DNA from: Batkoa obscura
Taxonomy: Eukaryota
Assembly (NCBI GenBank): GCA_030770535.1
Contig: JASVEC010000027.1
Span: 558,001 to 622,000 of the forward strand
Direction of reading: 5' to 3'
Length of the DNA: 64,000 nt
Shown: piece by piece, positions 1 to 12,724 of the stretch
Position numbering within the stretch: position 1 is the stretch's first letter
How the letters are laid out: each line of letters begins with the position of its first letter
Notes under the pieces: generated by a model
Told to the model about the DNA's origin: nothing
Databases searched by the model: none
The model's input: only the letters and a program-made list of their open reading frames with translations
Translations under genes and position numbers: made by a program

Positions 1-146
1 GATTTATACAAATGAAACTTAAAATATTATTACAATTATATAGCATTATTGGTTTAAAATATAAGTTTGCTTTTTTTTAAAAACTCAAATGAGTCCTTTG
101 TGATAAATTTGCTTTTTAAATTATGAAATCAGTCTTCCTTCTATTT

Positions 147-244
147 GAAGATGTTTTTTTGGCTTCGTTATTTTTTCTATCTTTTAAGCGCTATTTAAGT
201 GAAAAAACTGTTAGTAAAATTCTTAAATACAAAAATACATCCCC
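147..244 (+). mobile_element. MITE copy 1 (~97-bp family)
   Basis: GAAGATGTTTTTTTGG...AAAATACATCCCC; flanked on both sides by ATTT (143-146 and 245-248); shares the internal GCGCTATTT..GTTAGTAAAATT core. Confidence 0.85.
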
Positions 245-451
245 ATTTTATTTCAAAAATATTCAAACTTAAAAAATAAACAACGTGCAATAGGTAAACT
301 TGCTACCAAAGGAGTAAGGAGGGAGGTTATTAAAGTGAAAGTGAAAAAAAGTGAAGTTTTCTTTTTTTTCGGTTTCTGAATAGCAAATTTAACATTAAAA
401 AAGTTTTATTCTATCTTACGTTAATTTATCAAAATAATAAAATTAAGGTAA

Positions 452-547
452 GATGATGTTTTTTTGGCTTCATCACTTTTTTCATTTTCTAAGCGCTATT
501 TAAGCGGAAAAATTGTTAGTAAGTCTTAAATAAAAGAATACATCCTC
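452..547 (+). mobile_element. MITE copy 2 (diverged ends)
   Basis: GATGATGTTTTTTTGG...ATACATCCTC with the same core; flanks GTAA/ATAA (1 mismatch). Confidence 0.75.
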
Positions 548-790
548 ATAATAATAGAAAGTTCTATAAATATGAGTCCTACTTTAATTAGGTAATAAAT
601 ATTGTACTTCCAATAGTGAAGCTCACTATACAGTTTAAAACATTACAAGTTTTTAACCCTTTATAAATAATAGATAATTCAAATTATTATTGTAATTTTT
701 TATTATGTAAGAAAGCAAAAACATTATGTAAGAAAAAAAGTAATAAGGATATAAAAGGAAACACAAATAAAGCTAAGTTCAAAAATCAAA

Positions 791-1549
791 ATGGTAAAAC
801 TACAACTAAGAAAAAATGAGGAACGTGGGAACTTTCAATCAAGTGCAATAACAGCAAAGTACTCTTTTAGTTTTTCTGATTATATTTCTTCAAAACATAG
901 GGGACATGGTAGTCTTCGAGTATTAAATGAAGACACCATCTCGTCTAAAGGAGGTTTTGAAATGCACGAACATCAAAATTTTGAAATCTTAAGTTATATA
1001 ATATCAGGTGAATTAGAGCACGTAGATGATATGGGAAATCGGGAACTAGTTAAAAAAGGAATGATTCAATTTACAAGCGCTGGTAAAGGGATTCGACATT
1101 CAGAAAAAAATATCAATAAAAAGAAATGCCACTTACTGCAGATTTGGATTGCGCCCCTGGAGTTCAACCTAACACCAAAATATCAAACGTTGTCTTATAA
1201 TAAGTTGAAGAGTATTAATCAATTTCTCCCGATTGTTTCGCCTATCACTAAGACATTACCCGATACTATTGGTGTTAACGCTAATTGTTATATTAGTTGT
1301 TTAGCCTTACAAACAAAGGATGAAGCGATATATAAGTTCCTCAATGCTTATAATTCGAGTCGGAAAGTTTATATTCATTTAGTTGAAAATCAGGGCAATT
1401 CCTCTATATGCTGGTTAAATAATGATCTTAAATTATCTAGTGGAGATGGAGCGTATTTAGATAAATTCCAAGCAAAGGAAAGTAAACTCTTATTTAAAAA
1501 AGAAGGTGAACAAAATCTAGAATTAGTAGTTTTTGAAATGTATAAATAA
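791..1549 (+). CDS. Pirin-family bicupin (YhhW/quercetin 2,3-dioxygenase-like), intronless
   Basis: LRVLNED, GFEMHEHQNFEILSY, HVDDMGN, TSAGKGIRHSE, LQIWI; the 3His-1Glu metal ligands are intact. Confidence 0.92.
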   Translation: MVKLQLRKNEERGNFQSSAITAKYSFSFSDYISSKHRGHGSLRVLNEDTISSKGGFEMHEHQNFEILSYIISGELEHVDDMGNRELVKKGMIQFTSAGKGIRHSEKNINKKKCHLLQIWIAPLEFNLTPKYQTLSYNKLKSINQFLPIVSPITKTLPDTIGVNANCYISCLALQTKDEAIYKFLNAYNSSRKVYIHLVENQGNSSICWLNNDLKLSSGDGAYLDKFQAKESKLLFKKEGEQNLELVVFEMYK

Positions 1550-1798
1550 ACAATTGTTAATTTAAAAAGTTTTTATTCTTTTACATATTTCATTTGTAAT
1601 ATGCCAATGCTTAGGTAATTTTTAAAATAAAACATCTCAAACATTTTAATTTAATTTATCAATTATAAATTATAAAGTTCGAAACTTAAAGTCAAGAATC
1701 AAGATTATAAATCACTTAAAAATAAAAAAGTATATAAGCAAATATAAAATGGAAAGAAAAAAATTACAAAAAATCAGAAAAATCAAAATTACAAAACA

Positions 1799-2563
1799 AT
1801 GGTAAATATCAAAATAAGAGAAAGCGAAAGCCGAGGATATGTTGACAAAGGCTGGTTAAAAGCTAGCCATAGTTTCAGCTTTTCAACCTATGTTGATGAG
1901 GAACATATGGGATATGGTCTCTTACGAGTATTAAACGAAGACCACATAGAAAAGAGCTCTGGTTTTGGGTTTCATTCACATCGTAACTATGAGATAATAA
2001 CTTATATGGTGTCAGGGGAGGTTGAACATAAAGATAATATGGGACATAGAGAAATCGTAAAACGCGGCCAAATCCAGTTTACAAGTGCTGGTAGTGGTAT
2101 CTCTCATTCAGAAGTCAACTCCAATAAGGAACTGGACGCTCACGTATTACAGATTTGGGTTAAACCAAATGCTATAAACTTAACCCCATATTATGATACT
2201 TTAAAATTTGAGGAAGAGAAAAGAAACAATCAGTTTATCACACTGGTATCTCCAGGTGACTATGATAGTAGTGAAATAACTGGCACTATTGGGATAAACG
2301 CTAATTTTTATATGAGTACCATTTTATTGAATGGTGGCAATAGGGTTGAGTATAATTATCTAGCTAAATTAAATACAAATAGAAAATTATATATCCATGT
2401 TGTTGATGACTCTACTAATAGCGAATATTCTTTATTAAATGAAGAATTTAAATTATTTAATGGTGATGCTGCAATGATAGAAGACTTTAGTGAAGTAGAT
2501 AAAATCGAGTTAGAAAACAAAGGTGAAAAAAGGATGGAAATTGTAATATTCGAAATGTATTAA
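1799..2563 (+). CDS. Pirin-family bicupin, tandem paralogue, intronless
   Basis: GWLKASHSFSF, LRVLNED, GFGFHSHRNYE, SAGSGISHSE, LQIWV; colinear with 791-1549. Confidence 0.93.
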   Translation: MVNIKIRESESRGYVDKGWLKASHSFSFSTYVDEEHMGYGLLRVLNEDHIEKSSGFGFHSHRNYEIITYMVSGEVEHKDNMGHREIVKRGQIQFTSAGSGISHSEVNSNKELDAHVLQIWVKPNAINLTPYYDTLKFEEEKRNNQFITLVSPGDYDSSEITGTIGINANFYMSTILLNGGNRVEYNYLAKLNTNRKLYIHVVDDSTNSEYSLLNEEFKLFNGDAAMIEDFSEVDKIELENKGEKRMEIVIFEMY

Positions 2564-3116
2564 TATATTTTTTTAAATTTTTAATATAGTCTTTTATTAA
2601 ACTTTTTAATCGATTTTAACTTAAAACTAAAAAAGTACTGAAGAAAGACCTGCTTTTTAAATAATAAATAATAAATAAATCAAACCATATTATTCATAGG
2701 TTAATGGTTTATTTAATTTTTATTATTAAAAAGTCTATTTATTTTGTGCCACATATCTGTCCCAACTCAACAAGGACCTTAATTGTAGGGTCTTCAGATG
2801 GCGAAAAAATTAAACGTAAATTCGGTTTTTACTTTACTTTTTATAGCTTTAAGTTTATTATGGGATAATAAAAAATAATAAGCTCAAATTTTAAATATTT
2901 TATAAATTGTAAATAATAAAATCCAACTATATAACATTAAATACTTTGCATTATTTTATATTGATTTTTAAATACTTTCTTAACTAGTATTTCCTTAGCT
3001 TACAAAGCTTAAAATAAGTGAATGTTGAAAGTAGGCTTAACCAATCAAATTTCGCTTAGTATTTAGCAACATTTCATCAATGAAATTGTATTGTTTTTTA
3101 ATTAAAAATAACAAAA

Positions 3117-3842
3117 ATGCAATACAACATATTATTATTATTAGTATCATTATACATCAACTTAGCTAAAAGTTTTGGATTTCAAGTGGATTTAGTACCT
3201 AGCCAAGATGAATGTTTTTATGTAAACTTACAAGAAAACGAAATGTTTTTGATTTCTTATGATGTTATTGAAGGTGGTGATCTATTAGTGGACTTTTTGG
3301 TAAGTTTTATTAAATTAATGATATCAATCTAACTCTTTTAAAGTTATTTAATACCAATAATATTTTGCTTCAAGAAACAAATGCTAAAAAGGATGGTTAT
3401 TATTCATATAATGCTACCACTGCTGGAGACCATAAATATTGTTTTCGTAATCAAATTGTGAATAAGAAACTTACTTTCAGCCCTTATATTCAAAAGTTGC
3501 CAAAAGATTATAGTGAGTGCCATTACTGTTTATAATTAATAACTACTAATAAATTATTAGATCCAAACACAGATCATGTTGAAAATGAAATCAAAAAGAT
3601 GGAAGATTATATATTCAAAATCGAGTCTCAAATTTATTTATCAAGTTCGTTAGGATATACTCATGATAGAGGTATTATTACTTGTACATTTATATGATAG
3701 TTATTTATTATTAATAGTTGCTGAATCAACTGATAAAAAGATCTATTGGTGGACTATCTTCCAAAGTCTTTCAGTGATTGGGATATGTGCTTGGCAAATT
3801 TATTATCTCAAAACATTCTTTGAAAACCGCAGAGTAGTTTAG
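3117..3842 (+). CDS. p24/emp24/gp25L (GOLD) cargo receptor, beta-type; 4 exons
   Basis: Signal peptide, ECFY, YDVIEGGD, GDHKYCF, TM segment and C-terminal FFENRRVV*; three GT-AG introns read manually. Confidence 0.88.
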
Positions 3843-3984
3843 CTGCAATCAATTACTATTTGATTAAAATTTATAAAATCATGCTTTTTATTTTGGCTAT
3901 CTTGATTGGCCCTTTACTTTTCTATTAAAAAAATGCATTATATCATTATATATAAATAATAGTAATAATAATTAAGATAAGGAC

Positions 3985-5159
3985 ATGTCTTTGATTGAAG
4001 CATTTAAAAAATGGCCATTGGCCTCATTAGCAATCTATAGTAATGAACCTAACGCTAGTAATAAACAAAATAAATCAAAAATCGAAAAACAAAAATGGAA
4101 CAGTGATTATCAAAATACATTATATGCTGTGTATTATCCAATTGAATTAAATATGAAATTAATTACAATTAATCAAAATATTAGCAGCATAAATCAAATG
4201 AATTTAATAGATACAAAGAATAATAACAATATAACCATTATTGTAATGATTAGATAATAATTTAAGTAATGCTAATTTTTTTAATAGGAAACTATACCAT
4301 TATCAAAAATGGAGATTGAAATATCAAAACTAAAGGCCACGATTAAAGGTTTGACAATGAATTTTAAATACTATAAGTTTTTTTCAAACTTTAAAGTATG
4401 GTATTACTATTATTATAATCTCAATTATTAACTTATTTTTAACAGAATCAAACTATTAAAATACAAATCAGATTACTCAATGAAGACATAACTAAAGATA
4501 TATTAAACTATTTAAAGTCTCATATTGAGTTTAGTTTATCTTCAAGTGATAGTACAGATAATACTTTAACCCAAAGTGAGGTTAATATCGAAACTCCATT
4601 TCCAGCGATGTCAAATGCTACTCAATTTCAAAATAATCCCGCTCTTTTAAAAAATACCCAGGATAATATATTAAGCACTACCCCTTACCAGAATCATTCA
4701 TCATTAGCTGGGAATACGCAGGATGAAATCTCCAATTATATCTTAAGTCCCTTTATTGATAATCAATCAAACTCTTTAGTTTACCCGCCTATAAATCATA
4801 ATGAGTTAAATGATCCATACTTGACTCAACCTATAAGAAACGAAACTCAAGAAACTCAACCTTATTTCTTAACTCAAGATATTCAAGAAAATCCAGATAA
4901 AATTAATAATGGAGATATAAACGGTATTAGTATATAATAACGATATAGTTAGTAGTATTAATAGTAATATTTTTTAGCTAATAATCCAAATGACGGTGAG
5001 CTTGAGATATTGATATTTAAACATTTAAATGATCCTTCATTTAAAGAATATGTAATTAATTAGTATAAACTATTCTATATTCTAATAACCTATAATTTTA
5101 AGGTAAAACAAATAGAGAGGATATTATTAAAACATTGTGAAGACTCTAGTGAACTATGA
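3985..5159 (+). CDS. REC114: REC114-like meiotic double-strand-break factor (5 exons, ~324 aa)
   Basis: Exons 3985-4242, 4288-4395, 4446-4923, 4978-5051 and 5103-5159 splice in frame. N-terminal KWPLASL..KW.. and KIQIRL..DILNYL motifs; linker with 8 TQ; C-terminal ELEILIFKHLNDPSFKEYVKQIERIL resembles the Rec114 C-terminal signature. Confidence 0.65.
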
Positions 5160-5235
5160 TTTATTATCATTAAATTAAATAGATATTGCAAATTTATTAT
5201 TATTATTGAATTTTCTATTATTATTCTTACTTTAA

Positions 5236-6031
5236 TTATTCCACCAAAAACCCTACCAAGCACTTGTCAAGCAATGACTCTGCATTAACCCAAGGATGAA
5301 CTTTATCTATTAAATAGGATTTGTACTAAGTTTGTGAATTGAAATAGGCTTAAAGAATCATACTATATAATTTAGTGGCGTCTTTGCCGGCCCCTTTCAT
5401 TAATTGTTTGACACCTAAGAAAATAAAAATAAAAAACAAGCTAGAAAAAAAGGAACTTTTTACCTCCAGGATGAAACTTCATATATGGTGTGATATTATA
5501 AACCTTTCCAAACAAAACACACCAAGCGTCTTGTTCTGTATTATGCTGTTTTAGCTCTTGCAACGTAATTCCAGCTATGTTAGTTACCCCCTAAAAATTG
5601 GGCATTTGAGTTATATTTTATAGTACAATTAATTATCTTCTTACCCTCAAATCCTTCCCTGAGCTACTCAACCTTGCCCAATCTAAAGGGGAGTGACCTG
5701 GTTCCACTGCTATTTTATTACGTACTTTTTCTAGCGGATTTTTAGCCATCTGTGGACCGCCTGGCAATGGAAATACACTTTGTGGATCTTTAATAACCAG
5801 ATTAACGAATAAAATAGATTTAAATTTATAATACGTACTTCTATTTAAATTCAGTTTTTGGTTATAAGGGGATAAATTATTATCATTTCCGGTTAAATTC
5901 ACTGAACTTGTTATTGAGGAGGTTTCCTTTTCTTCTTCAGGTTGTAATAAAGTTATGTCAGGTAGTTCGGCTGTAAAATTGATAGCTGGTAAATCTCTAT
6001 TTTCAGATTGTGTGTCTTTTGTTATGGCCAT
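5236..6031 (-). CDS. Cytochrome b5-like heme-binding protein (Irc21 / CYB5R4 N-terminus type); spliced
   Basis: KIAVEPGHSPLDWARL, then ELKQHNTEQDAW..GKVYNITPYMKFHPGG..GKDAT..HPWVN..CLVGFLVE* across 4 exons. Confidence 0.88.
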
Positions 6032-6286
6032 AATTAGGTTTGATTATTAATAGAAAGAAGCAAATTTTTGTCTTTAAACCTAAGATAACTTTTTATAACG
6101 TAAAGTTCGCATAAATAATAAAAACTAAGCAAAAAAATAAAAATAGAAACAAATTAATTTTAATTAAAAAGAAAGAAGGGAAAGAATATTAGCTAAATAA
6201 AAAGTAATTAAAATATTAATAATAATAAATAATGGATCCGTTTTCATCAATTGATATAATAACAACTATTCCATCAATCTCACATT

Positions 6287-9200
6287 TCATTTAATATGGG
6301 ATATTCCAAACTTAGAACTAAGTGAACGTTCTACAAAAAGTAAAGCTTGATTAAAACTAAAAGTATGATAGTAATGATAATGATTTACCTGTTAATATGG
6401 ACTGGTTTAAACTCAAAGTGCCCATGTGATTATTTTTTTCAATTGAAGTAGAAGGTCCATTTCTAACTTTAATACCAGTATTATCTTCAATAGTTAAATG
6501 TGTAAACCTCCCTGTATCCAAATTCACTTGAAACTGACTGGATTGAGTACTAAACCTAGTAGAATTAGTCAATGGACTTGAACTATTATTATGACTATTA
6601 TTAAATAGCTCTAAATTGATACTTTCTGAAGAATTTTCAATCTGTGACAATTGTTTGATAAACCTTAGCTGTGCATTTTCTCTTTCTACCAACCTTAATT
6701 TTTGCTCCAAGGCTTGTATTGTATGTAGTAATACTTTTTGTCTTTCTTTACTTTTCTCTTTACTTTTTGGCCAAAAACTAGGTTTTGTAGCTTCTGCGAC
6801 TACAAGTTTAGTTACTATCTCTTGGAGTTTTTGATCTTTAAACGCTAACTGTGCTTTCAAATTTTGATTTTCAATGACCAGTGTTGCTATTTTATTTTCA
6901 CCATCTCTTCCATATTGATTAAAATGTATACTTCCTTCTTTATTACTGTTGTGATTGACGAACTGCGATTGATTGGATTCTAAATATGTTATCTTTTCCA
7001 TTAAAGTCTTTATTAGGTTTGCTTGTTTTTCATTCAAATGTAACATCTGATCTGCCCTTTCGATTGCCTCGTCCCTGGATTCTTTAACCTCGATTAAGCT
7101 TGGCTGTAGTCCTTTCTGCTCTTGCAAATCCTGATATATACTTGTTAATAGATGGTGATTTTTAGTTTCTAGTTCTAAATTCGCTACAATATCTTGAAAC
7201 AATTTATTATCAATAGCCACACCCACCTTATTTGGTATATCTTCATTCGACTTATTCTTTAAACTCAATTCTTCAATCTCTTTTAACAAAAATTTATTTG
7301 TTTCTTTTGTTATCTCTAATTCTTTATTTAATCTGGTGACGTTCGCTACAGATTCGCTCAGTTCATTCTTTAATCGGGTGATATCGTCTGAATTGATAGT
7401 TGGTAACTTGTTTTCTAGATCTTGAACCTTTTTATTTAAATTTTGATTCTCATACTGCAAAATTTCACATTTATCCTTCATAATCAAAAAGTTATTATCT
7501 GCTTGCTCCCTTGACTGATCTAAACTCAACGTGGTTTGCTTCATATCCTGATGTACCATGCTAAGCTCCGTGATCGCCTTCTTTAATTTTTTGACTTCCG
7601 CTTGGGAATTCGAATACCCTTCTAACAACCTTTTGTTTTCTTCTATAAGGATGTCCTGTTGTTTATCTTCTTCATCCATCTTTTTCTGTACAGCTTCTAA
7701 CAACCGACCCATTTCATTCTTTTCACTCTCACTTTCCATTAATTGATCCCGTATGTTATCCGCTTGCATCATCAACCCTTGGTTTACTGCCATTTGATTT
7801 TGTATTGTTTCTTGGCATGATTGAAGTCCTGCGTTTAAAGAAACTACTTTTTCTTGAAGTTCTTTTATTTTCGTTTCATATGCCATGATTGATGCATTAG
7901 TCTCATCATTATTTTTGAGTGTCACAGATGAAAAATCATGTATAGTTGATAAGCTACCGTCTAGTTCATTCATCGTTAAATCTGTTTGAATCTCAGCCAA
8001 TTTCGTTTCCGACTTTACTAAACTTTGTTTGATTTTGGTACTTTCATCCATCTCTGTTTCCACTCTATCATTTACTTTTAATGATTCTGGGCCCTCCTGT
8101 TGATAAGTAAACCCAACAAAAGGCAAGTGATCTCCCATGAATTCTTTTTGATTGGAACGCGGTACTACTTTCACTTCATGTGTATCTTCTTCATCTTCAT
8201 ACCCATTGAAATTGGAAGTATCGTCTGGTGTTAGTAACGTTGGTATAAATGGTGGTGTTTGATTCCGTAAAGAATTCCAATCAATACCTCTAAAAAAGGG
8301 ATGAGCTTTAATTTCTTCTACTCCATTTTTCCCTAATCGAACTTCTCGGTCACAAATTAATCTAAAAAGGATAAAAACTTACATTTTAGATAAATATTAA
8401 GATTCTACTTACTTTTCAATAAGATCTTTTGCTTCTTCTGAAATTGGATAAATACCGTGGAACATTAAATTATTCTATAATGATTTGATGTTAGCTACTA
8501 TTATATAAAAGTTCATTACATGAATTTACTTTATGGTTCATAATCTGACTATGAGTTTCCATTAAATTTTCAGAACTGAATGGCGGGTCTCCTTGAAGCA
8601 ATTCATAAATCAGAACACCAACAGACCACCAATCGCATTCTACTCCATAATTTGTATTCCCTTCCTGAGCTCTAAGTACCTCAGGTGATATATAATCACT
8701 TGTTCCAACTGGTATATTCGAAGTAACAGAACCTTGATTATTGAGTTGAATACAGGACCCAAAATCTGCTAACTTAATGTGGCCTTGATTATCGATCAGT
8801 ATATTTTGCGGCTTTAAATCTCTATTAAAACAATGTGCATTAATGATCTATTTCCATTAACTTACACTTTTAATTGCTTACCTATGAACAAAACCCATAC
8901 TATGTAAATCACTTAACGCCAACACAATTTCACCAATATAAAACTTGGCTTCTTCTTCATTTATAATTGGTGGATAATTACGATCCAATAAACTAAATAG
9001 ATCACCTCCTCCTGCAAATTCCATAACTAAATATAAATTCTCGCTATCTTGAAAAGCGGCATATAGCTTTGGTATCCAAGGGGAATATTTTGATAGAGAT
9101 AAAACTTCTTTTTCTTCCATAAAAAATGATAACTTTAAATTTAATAATTAGTCTATGCTTTTACTATTAGTCTAAATTCAATACCTCTTTACACCTTAAC

Positions 9201-9644
9201 ACATACATCTTATTTAATGTTTTCATCGCATAGATACGGTTATCTAATTTATTTCGAACCACAGATACCTTTTATAAAAGAAAAGCAAGATAAATAAATC
9301 ATATTAATATAAAGCAAAACAAATAATCTTACAGTCCCAAAATGACCTTTAGCTAATTTTTTAAGTATTTGAAAATCATATCTGTTTAATCTCAAAGCTC
9401 TAATCTTATTAATACTTGGTTGATACTTGGTCAAAAAAGTAGCAATATTTTCATTGACACTAGTCTCAATATTTTTACAGTCATCAAATAAAGCGAGCAA
9501 TATATCTATTAAACTATCTACGCATATACTTCCTTGATTTATATCCAAATTTTCTTTTTCGGTAATTATCCTATTCCATAAGTCCTGTCCTCTTTTTGTC
9601 AAATTGTTTTGTAATTTATCTTGAGATTGGGTTGTTTTTATCAT
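6287..9644 (-). CDS. DMPK/ROCK/MRCK-family AGC Ser/Thr kinase with long coiled coil; multi-exon
   Basis: N-terminal VDSLIDILLALFDDC, AKGHFGTV, HRDLKPQN, DFGSC, VGTSDYISPEVL, DTSNF, hydrophobic motif HLPFVGFTY, then ~500 aa of coiled coil; last exon ends SKFGISHIK*. Confidence 0.85.
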
Positions 9645-10332
9645 GATTATTATATTAATGTTTTTTGAAATTAATAATAATAATTAAATTAACATCAAAA
9701 ACTAGAAGCTTTATAAAATTATTGTTTGAACTTTTGTTTTATCTCAATAAAAAAAGAATGGACTGCCAAAGTTTGAACTCCTCGTTACCAACGTTATTAT
9801 TTTGAGCTTATTTCGATTTCTCTAAAGTTTAAAATGTTATGCTTTTAGTAATGGAAATGAGCGAATAAGGATTCAATGTGTTTAACACTTTTTGAGGTCC
9901 CTGAATAATTAAGGAAATTAATCGAACAGAATGAAGTCATACTCTATCAAATTGTTCAAGTTTAAAAAATTCTGCTTTTTCAAGCCAAAACTTGAAAAAT
10001 AAGTTTAAAAAGTTTAAAAAAATTAACCGTTAAAAACCAATGCTATAAATTCATATTGATTATCAAATCTTTATAATTTTAATATTATAACTATAAAATT
10101 ACAAACAACTTCTTTCACTACTAGTAAACTTAAACTATAACTACAAAAATTATCTAACATTATCAATTTTAATTTTATTAAGAGTCTTTAAACAGAAATT
10201 TAATATAAATGGATTAAACTACAATAGAATACCATAAATATTATAAAAGAATCCGTATTAAACCAACCGATACTAGTCTTTATTTTATGCCTAAAGTTAC
10301 TATTAAAACATAAATACTAAACAAAATATATT

Positions 10333-11612
10333 CTATATTCTTACCGGTTTACGCTTAGTACGTTTAATAAGATTAGCTTGATACCCAGTTTTAACTGCTG
10401 AAACGGAACGGGTAGAGTTACAACTTTGACATTGCATAAATGTTAAACGATTCTCTTTTGAAAGGGTTGTATCTGGTGATTTACAAATTTTACAAGTCAC
10501 ATATTCAACTAATTATAATAAATAAATTAATACATATTATTAAAATGTATTATGCAACTTACCAATATAACGACGAATAATAGTTTCCATTTGTTTTTGT
10601 TGGAATCGACCTTTGATGATCAGTCTTTGACTACCATCAACGGAACCAGTAGTACCCAATTCAGTAAAGAGGAACTGAATGAAATGATCGAGTGAACGAT
10701 TTAAACTATTAAAAATTGTCAATCATGCATGATATGTAACTTAATATTTTAACTTACCGTCTACAGATATCTGAAATATTACTAAAGGCTGTCTTTTTAC
10801 TTCCTTCACGTGAAACTTGAGGTGGTACAATTGTAAACCTCTTCTTTTCCCCTCCAAGTTCTGGATTACTTTGTCTACAAATTTTATAAAATCTATTTAT
10901 AAGCTAAACGAAATTCAAGTTAGTTCAATTCTTCACCCATAGCAAGTAAATAAAAGACTTACTTCTTTATATGTATAATCACGATCGGTTCCAATCCAAC
11001 CTTCTACTTCGTCGTCATCGCCATCTAATTATTTAATACTAATTTTTTAGCAGTTTAAAAATTAAAAACCTTCTTCTTCTTCTTCTTCTTCTTCTTGTTC
11101 ATTTTCGTTATCTTCTTCGTCTTCTTCGGCCGAAGCTTTCTTTGATCCCTTCTTTTTTTCTGGGATTACTGAATCTTCATCATCCTCTTGAACAGGCTAA
11201 AAATTAGCTTTTTAATTTAATAATTAATAAATGATACTTACCTTCTTCTTCTTCTTTTTCTTCTTTTTATCTGCAAACAAAGCTGCTTCATTTATTTCTT
11301 CATCTTGAATTATTAGTTTAATAGACAAGTAAGTCATCCTTTTTTATTACCTTCATCTTCACCTTCGCCTTCGCCTTCCTCATTCTTTTCTTTTTTATCA
11401 GATTCTTCTTCCTCGTCGTCATCTAAGCCAGCAAAAGCAACTGACTTCTTTTTCTTTTTCTTTTTTAAAGAGGGATCGAAGACAGGCTATTTGAATTAAA
11501 AACATACATCTATTAAACAAGAACAATAAATATAAGATATTTAATTTACCTCTTCTTCTTTATCTTCAATAGTCAAATTTTTGACTTTATCTACAAGTTC
11601 ACTATCTGACAT
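10333..11612 (-). CDS. SUI3: Translation initiation factor eIF2 beta subunit; multi-exon
   Basis: Poly-Lys boxes, [36 protein letters not shown], zinc finger CKIC..CQSC. Confidence 0.93.
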
Positions 11613-12724
11613 TTCTATTTTTATTTTTTTTAAAAAAACTGCTACTTTTTTATAGCAACTCAAACTTAAGCTTACTTAAGTTTATGGGACTATGCTATTT
11701 CATTTGCTGTGTTAGAAAATTTTTTTGGCTGGGAATTTGAGCGTAGTTGAATGAGTCATTCTAAAAAATTAGAAAAACTGAAGAGAAATGTGAGTTTAAA
11801 ATTTAAAAAACTAGCAGTAAACAAAATAAAGCATTATTATTACCTTAAAATATTAATAAAAGTTTCACATAAGTTACTCAATAATTATGCTATTATGTAT
11901 TAAAATATATGAAACTATTAAACTAACATCTTAAACTGATAAAGTCAGCTAAATTTGTTTTAAAATATTCAGGGTTTTTCACGCAATAATCATACTTATT
12001 TACAATGACATTAAAAAACTTGGTTCACTATGGAGCGAGTGTTTTATCAAGTTTTTTTAAATGTGTCTTATCGAGTTAGTCAATTAAGGGGCTAGGGTGT
12101 TTATAATAAATCACTATTACAAGATGGATATGATAATACTAGGGGTCATATTAAAGCCATTGTTGTAAGTTTATTACCGTAAGACTTTAATACGATCATT
12201 TCCTTACTATTATAGTATATAACGTTACTAGGATCAAATTTCAAAATAATCGCACATTTTCATTTTTTTTATATCATCTGTGACTTTTAAATCATTGTGA
12301 TTTAAATATTTGTCAATTTTTTATATAAGAATTCTTGTTTTTTATGATTAAATGCTTTTATATAATTATTTTAGATATGTTTTCGCTTTAATATATCTTT
12401 TTCATTTCATTGTTTAATACTGTTTTGATGTTTTTGATATATAGATTCGTTCTTTTTGTTAAACCTTAATCTTGAAAATCTATTAATAAATTAGTTAATA
12501 GATTCAATTAATATACAGATAAATTAAAGATTTTGGAAAAGTGAGGATAATTCGATTACAGTTTCTATTAGGCTAATTTATTTTATAAGTTAAGTATTAA
12601 TTACAATAAATTATATTATTTATGAGGAGTATACTACAAATATGTTTATAGGATATTATAATAGACACAAGGTTATACTATTAGGATAAAAGAAAACAAA
12701 GCTCTATTTTAACTTATTGAACCC

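Noticed and set aside
6616..7746. Short ORFs antisense to or overlapping real genes (also 14362, 16344, 38901, 39177, 40273, 41472, 48712, 58171, 60906, 61202)
   Set aside because: Shadow frames of well-supported CDSs; many begin at non-ATG codons
12181..12240. AAGACT...GATCATTTC resembling the U3 snoRNA 5' end (box A)
   Set aside because: No boxes B, C or D downstream; the following sequence is generic AT-rich DNA
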